A DNA stretch of 64,000 bases. Source: Gemmatimonadota bacterium (GTDB lineage: Bacteria > Gemmatimonadota > Gemmatimonadetes > Gemmatimonadales > GWC2-71-9). The DNA is taken from assembly GCA_039586365.1 (NCBI GenBank), contig JBDHKN010000032.1:1-64000 (forward strand). The letters are read 5' to 3'. Of the stretch, positions 59,310 through 64,000 are shown in pieces. Both the position numbers and the translations under genes were made by a program. The notes beneath the pieces are model-generated. The model was not told where the DNA came from and ran no database searches. It was given only the letters and a program-made list of their open reading frames with translations. Each line of letters starts with the position of its first letter. Position 1 is the first letter of the stretch.

Positions 59310-59426
59310 GTGAAAGTCCGTTCTAGTGTGAAACCGATTTGCGAGCACTGCAAGGTGGTCCGCCGGAGGGGTGTGACCAGGGTCATTTGCAAGCGCAACC
59401 CAAAGCACAAACAGAGGCAGGGATAG
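59310..59426 (+). CDS. rpmJ: 50S ribosomal protein L36 (absent from the ORF track)
   Basis: [38 protein letters not shown]. Confidence 0.97.
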   Translation: MKVRSSVKPICEHCKVVRRRGVTRVICKRNPKHKQRQG

Positions 59427-59429
59427 CCT

Positions 59430-59810
59430 ATGGCCCGCATTGCCGGCGTCGACCTTCCCCGCGATAAGCGCATTGAGGTGGCACTCACTTACATATACGG
59501 TGTGGGTCAGCCCACATCGAAACAGATATTGGACGTAACCGCAGTCGACGGTGACATCAGAGTCCGCGACCTCTCTGATGCCGAAGTCGCGCGGTTGCGG
59601 CAGGCGATCGAGCGTAATGTCAAGGTGGAAGGTGCTCTGCGGACCGAAATCGCCATGAACGTCAAACGGCTCATGGACATCGGGAGCTATCGCGGAACTC
59701 GCCACCGTCGCGGACTACCTGTCCGAGGTCAGCGCACTCACACCAACGCACGTACCAAGAAGGGGCCCCGACGCCCAATTGCCGGTAAGAAGAAGGCGGT
59801 CAAGAAATAG
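59430..59810 (+). CDS. rpsM: 30S ribosomal protein S13
   Basis: [19 protein letters not shown]. Confidence 0.98.
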   Translation: MARIAGVDLPRDKRIEVALTYIYGVGQPTSKQILDVTAVDGDIRVRDLSDAEVARLRQAIERNVKVEGALRTEIAMNVKRLMDIGSYRGTRHRRGLPVRGQRTHTNARTKKGPRRPIAGKKKAVKK

Positions 59811-59813
59811 CGT

Positions 59814-60206
59814 ATGGCACAAGTAAGAGGCTCGAGCACGAGAAGAACGAGGAAGGTGGTGGAGTCCGAAGGAATCGCCCACGTTACCGCCACCTTCAAC
59901 AATACGCTGGTCACTATCACCGATTCCAAGGGGAACGCCATAGTGTGGGGTTCGGCTGGCAAGTCGGGCTTCAAGGGATCGAAGAAATCAACGTCCTTCG
60001 CGGCGACAGTCGCTGCTGAGAATTGTGCGCGCGAAGCGCTGAATCTCGGAGTGCGTAGGGTGCACGTTCGGGTTCAGGGACCGGGTGCCGGTAGGGAGTC
60101 GGCGATTCAAGCTCTGGCCAGCGCGGGTCTGCAGATTGCGTCGATTAGGGACGTGACCCCGATTCCACACAATGGCTGCAGGCCGCCAAAGAAGAGGCGG
60201 GTGTAA
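59814..60206 (+). CDS. rpsK: 30S ribosomal protein S11
   Basis: [20 protein letters not shown]. Confidence 0.98.
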   Translation: MAQVRGSSTRRTRKVVESEGIAHVTATFNNTLVTITDSKGNAIVWGSAGKSGFKGSKKSTSFAATVAAENCAREALNLGVRRVHVRVQGPGAGRESAIQALASAGLQIASIRDVTPIPHNGCRPPKKRRV

Positions 60207-60207
60207 G

Positions 60208-60843
60208 ATGGCCCGCTACACAGGGCCTGCCTGCAAGTTGTGCCGCCGCGAGGGAACGAAGCTGTTTCTCAAGGGGACTCGTTGTGTGACCGAGAAATGC
60301 TCTGTCGAGCGCAGGCAATATGGGCCTGGCCAGCACGGACAGGCTGCTGCTCGCCGCCGCAAGTTCTCGGAATATGCCAAGCAGCTTCGCGAGAAGCAGA
60401 AGGTCAAACGCATATATGGTGTCTCGGAACGGCAATTCCGGAACACGTTTGAGAACGTCCGCAAGTTGCCGGGTGTAACGGGCTCAAACTTGCTGATAGC
60501 TCTCGAGACGCGGCTCGATAACGTGGTACATCGCATGGGGTTTGCCGCGAGCCGAAAGGCGGCACGCCAACTAGTGCGGCACCGTCACGTCGAGATCAAT
60601 GGGAGGACGGTGGACGTCCCGTCGTACCGAGTTCGCCCCAGCGATGAAGTGAGAGTTTCGGAGAAGAGCAGGGATTTGACGGCCGTGCGCGCATCTCTCG
60701 AGACTCTGTCTCGTGCAACGCCGGTATCGTGGATCATGGTGGACACCGACAAAGTGGTTGGCAAAGTGACGGAAATGCCGACTCGTGAGACGATCCCAAT
60801 AGCCGCCCAAGAGCAACTCATCGTAGAGCTCTACTCGAAATAA
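60208..60843 (+). CDS. rpsD: 30S ribosomal protein S4
   Basis: MARYTGPACKLCRRE, LETRLDN, LIVELYSK. Confidence 0.98.
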   Translation: MARYTGPACKLCRREGTKLFLKGTRCVTEKCSVERRQYGPGQHGQAAARRRKFSEYAKQLREKQKVKRIYGVSERQFRNTFENVRKLPGVTGSNLLIALETRLDNVVHRMGFAASRKAARQLVRHRHVEINGRTVDVPSYRVRPSDEVRVSEKSRDLTAVRASLETLSRATPVSWIMVDTDKVVGKVTEMPTRETIPIAAQEQLIVELYSK

Positions 60844-60844
60844 G

Positions 60845-61900
60845 ATGACGATCGATCTAACTGGTTTGGTTCGACCCCACGTGGTCGAGATGACGAAGCG
60901 GGAGGAAGTCCCGCATGCAGCCGAGTTCCGCTTGCAGCCGCTTGAGCGCGGCTTCGGGCATACGCTGGGCAATGCACTGAGGCGAATGCTTCTTTCCTCG
61001 TTGCGTGGTGCTGCCGTATGGGGCTTCAGGCTCGAGGGAGTAGTGCACGAACACCAAACGGTCCCCGGCGTGGTGGAGGACATCCACCAGATCATTGGAC
61101 GGCTGAAATCGCTGACACTGGTCATGGCAGAAGACGTTGACGAGGCTGTACTCCATCTCAAGGTCGACAAAGCCGGCACAGTCACAGCAGAGAATCTGGA
61201 GGTGCACGGGGCCGTCAGCATCGTTCATCCCGATCACGTCCTGTTTACGCTGCAGGAGGACCGGGAGATCACTGGCGAGTTGTACGTCAACAAGGGTCGG
61301 GGTTATGTCGAAGCTTCACAGCATCCGGATGATCGCTCTCTTCCGGTAGATCTGGTGAAGATCGACGCGATCTACAACCCCGTGCTGCGGGCCAACTTCA
61401 CGGTGGCTGAAACGCGAGTCGGGCAGCGTACTGACTTCGACAGTGTAAGCCTCTCGGTCGAAACGAATGGGGCGATCGAGCCGGAGGATGCTGTTGCCTA
61501 CGCAGCGGCTCTCCTGCAAGAACACTTGCGGTATTTCGTGGAGTTCGGCCGGGTGCCGTTGGCTAGCGACTCCGGTGAAGGACTAGCGGGGGACAGTGCG
61601 CAGTTGCGCGATTTGCTTGCCAAGCCAATCGATGATTGTGGCCTCTCCGTACGATCCATCAACTCACTGAAGAACTCCAATATCAGCACGCTTGGCGATC
61701 TGGTTCGCCACACCGAAGAAGACATGCTCAAGGTCAAGAACGTGGGTGAGAAAGCCCTGAGTGAGATTGCCGAGATGTTGCGTCGCGAGGGTTTGGCCTT
61801 CGGCATGCAGCTGGAGGAGGTGGAAGGGGAGCTGGTAGTGACGGGTTCGGTACTCGATGCGGTCGGGTCTGGCGAACCCGACGTTGGTACACAGGGGTAG
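60845..61900 (+). CDS. rpoA: RNA polymerase alpha subunit
   Basis: [34 protein letters not shown]. Confidence 0.98.
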   Translation: MTIDLTGLVRPHVVEMTKREEVPHAAEFRLQPLERGFGHTLGNALRRMLLSSLRGAAVWGFRLEGVVHEHQTVPGVVEDIHQIIGRLKSLTLVMAEDVDEAVLHLKVDKAGTVTAENLEVHGAVSIVHPDHVLFTLQEDREITGELYVNKGRGYVEASQHPDDRSLPVDLVKIDAIYNPVLRANFTVAETRVGQRTDFDSVSLSVETNGAIEPEDAVAYAAALLQEHLRYFVEFGRVPLASDSGEGLAGDSAQLRDLLAKPIDDCGLSVRSINSLKNSNISTLGDLVRHTEEDMLKVKNVGEKALSEIAEMLRREGLAFGMQLEEVEGELVVTGSVLDAVGSGEPDVGTQG

Positions 61901-61904
61901 GACC

Positions 61905-62261
61905 ATGCGGCACCGCAAGAAGGGACGACAGCTCAGTCGCACAGCCAGCCACCGCAGGGCGATGCTCCGGAACATGGCGACCTCGCTGTTTCAGCATGAT
62001 CGGGTTGTGACGACTGAGGCGAAGGCAAAGGAGCTGCGTCCCTATGCTGAGAGGCTCATCACTTGGGCCCGGCGAGGCGACCTACACGCCCGGCGCCAGG
62101 TGGAGCGGGTCATCAAGGATCGTGGAGTGGCTGGTCGGCTGTTCGGTGAAATAGGGCCACGATTCGAGAGTCGGCCCGGCGGTTACACGAGAATCGTGAA
62201 GCTCGGCCACCGTTCGGGTGACGGTGCTGAGATCGCACGGATTGAGCTACTGTCTGAGTGA
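61905..62261 (+). CDS. rplQ: 50S ribosomal protein L17
   Basis: [20 protein letters not shown]. Confidence 0.98.
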   Translation: MRHRKKGRQLSRTASHRRAMLRNMATSLFQHDRVVTTEAKAKELRPYAERLITWARRGDLHARRQVERVIKDRGVAGRLFGEIGPRFESRPGGYTRIVKLGHRSGDGAEIARIELLSE

Positions 62262-62291
62262 GCTTGGAAGCTGCGGATTCGACCAACAGAT

Positions 62292-62314
62292 GGGGACCCG
62301 ATGGTCCCCTTTTT
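62292..62314 (+). terminator. Intrinsic terminator of the alpha operon
   Basis: GGGGACC-CGAT-GGTCCCC followed by TTTTT. Confidence 0.8.
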
Positions 62315-62535
62315 CATAGCTGCGCGTCGGTGAGGGCAGACCCTCTGGGTGCCTTCGCCACCCGGTTTGATCGCAGGCAACTAGTGCAGACGCGAATACG
62401 CCGTGGCTTCCCGTCCACCAGCACTCGTGCTCGCTGCAGATTCGGCTGCCAGCGACGCCTGGTACGGTTGTTGGCATGACTCACGTTGTTGCCGTACGTG
62501 GGTCCTTTGCCGCATATGTCGCAAACCCGTGCCAT
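62314..62535 (-). CDS. rpmB: 50S ribosomal protein L28
   Basis: [10 protein letters not shown]...GNNVSHANN...PNLQ. Confidence 0.97.
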   Translation of the reverse strand: MARVCDICGKGPTYGNNVSHANNRTRRRWQPNLQRARVLVDGKPRRIRVCTSCLRSNRVAKAPRGSALTDAQL

Positions 62536-62612
62536 GTTGTCTCAACTTCTTTGCGAAGATTTCCTAGGAGTGCGAATGCACCATTCAGCAAGAGAAGTAA
62601 CCTAGCAACTGA

Positions 62613-64000
<1,388 letters not shown>

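Overview
High-GC bacterial chromosomal segment. Gene content (ADOP-type permease with PadR, many lipoprotein-type serine hydrolases, TonB/ExbBD set) suggests a Gemmatimonadota-like organism; this is an inference. Left end (1-2219): right boundary of an integrative element, with an OLD-family ATPase/TOPRIM gene, decayed fragments and a duplicated 3' half of tRNA-Ala(UGC) acting as an att site. A decayed secreted-protein pseudogene follows. Next come sodA/peroxiredoxin, a kinase-regulator-kinase trio, a TonB-ExbB-ExbD-ExbD operon and peptidoglycan-recycling genes (NagZ, AmiE-like, SSS transporter, sugar kinase, NamZ). The middle holds an unusual six-gene tricarboxylate operon (HD protein, PrpD, fungal-type fused homoaconitase, homoisocitrate-dehydrogenase-like enzyme, CitD-CitE fusion, CitF) carrying four apparent lesions. 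After it are a PadR/ADOP cassette, ino1 with a CDP-alcohol phosphotransferase, a copper-export cluster and 2-oxoacid dehydrogenase E1beta/E2 separated by a catalytically degenerate IS200-like TnpA. The right part has trxB, an AhpD-family protein with an in-frame CxxU (UGA plus SECIS-like hairpin, probable selenoprotein), aspA/fumC-like, moeB, tRNA-Leu(CAG), smpB, pyrD/pyrF, the rpmJ-rpsM-rpsK-rpsD-rpoA-rplQ operon, rpmB and gmd. No CRISPR array or rRNA was seen. Start codons are my best estimates, and some indels may be sequencing errors.
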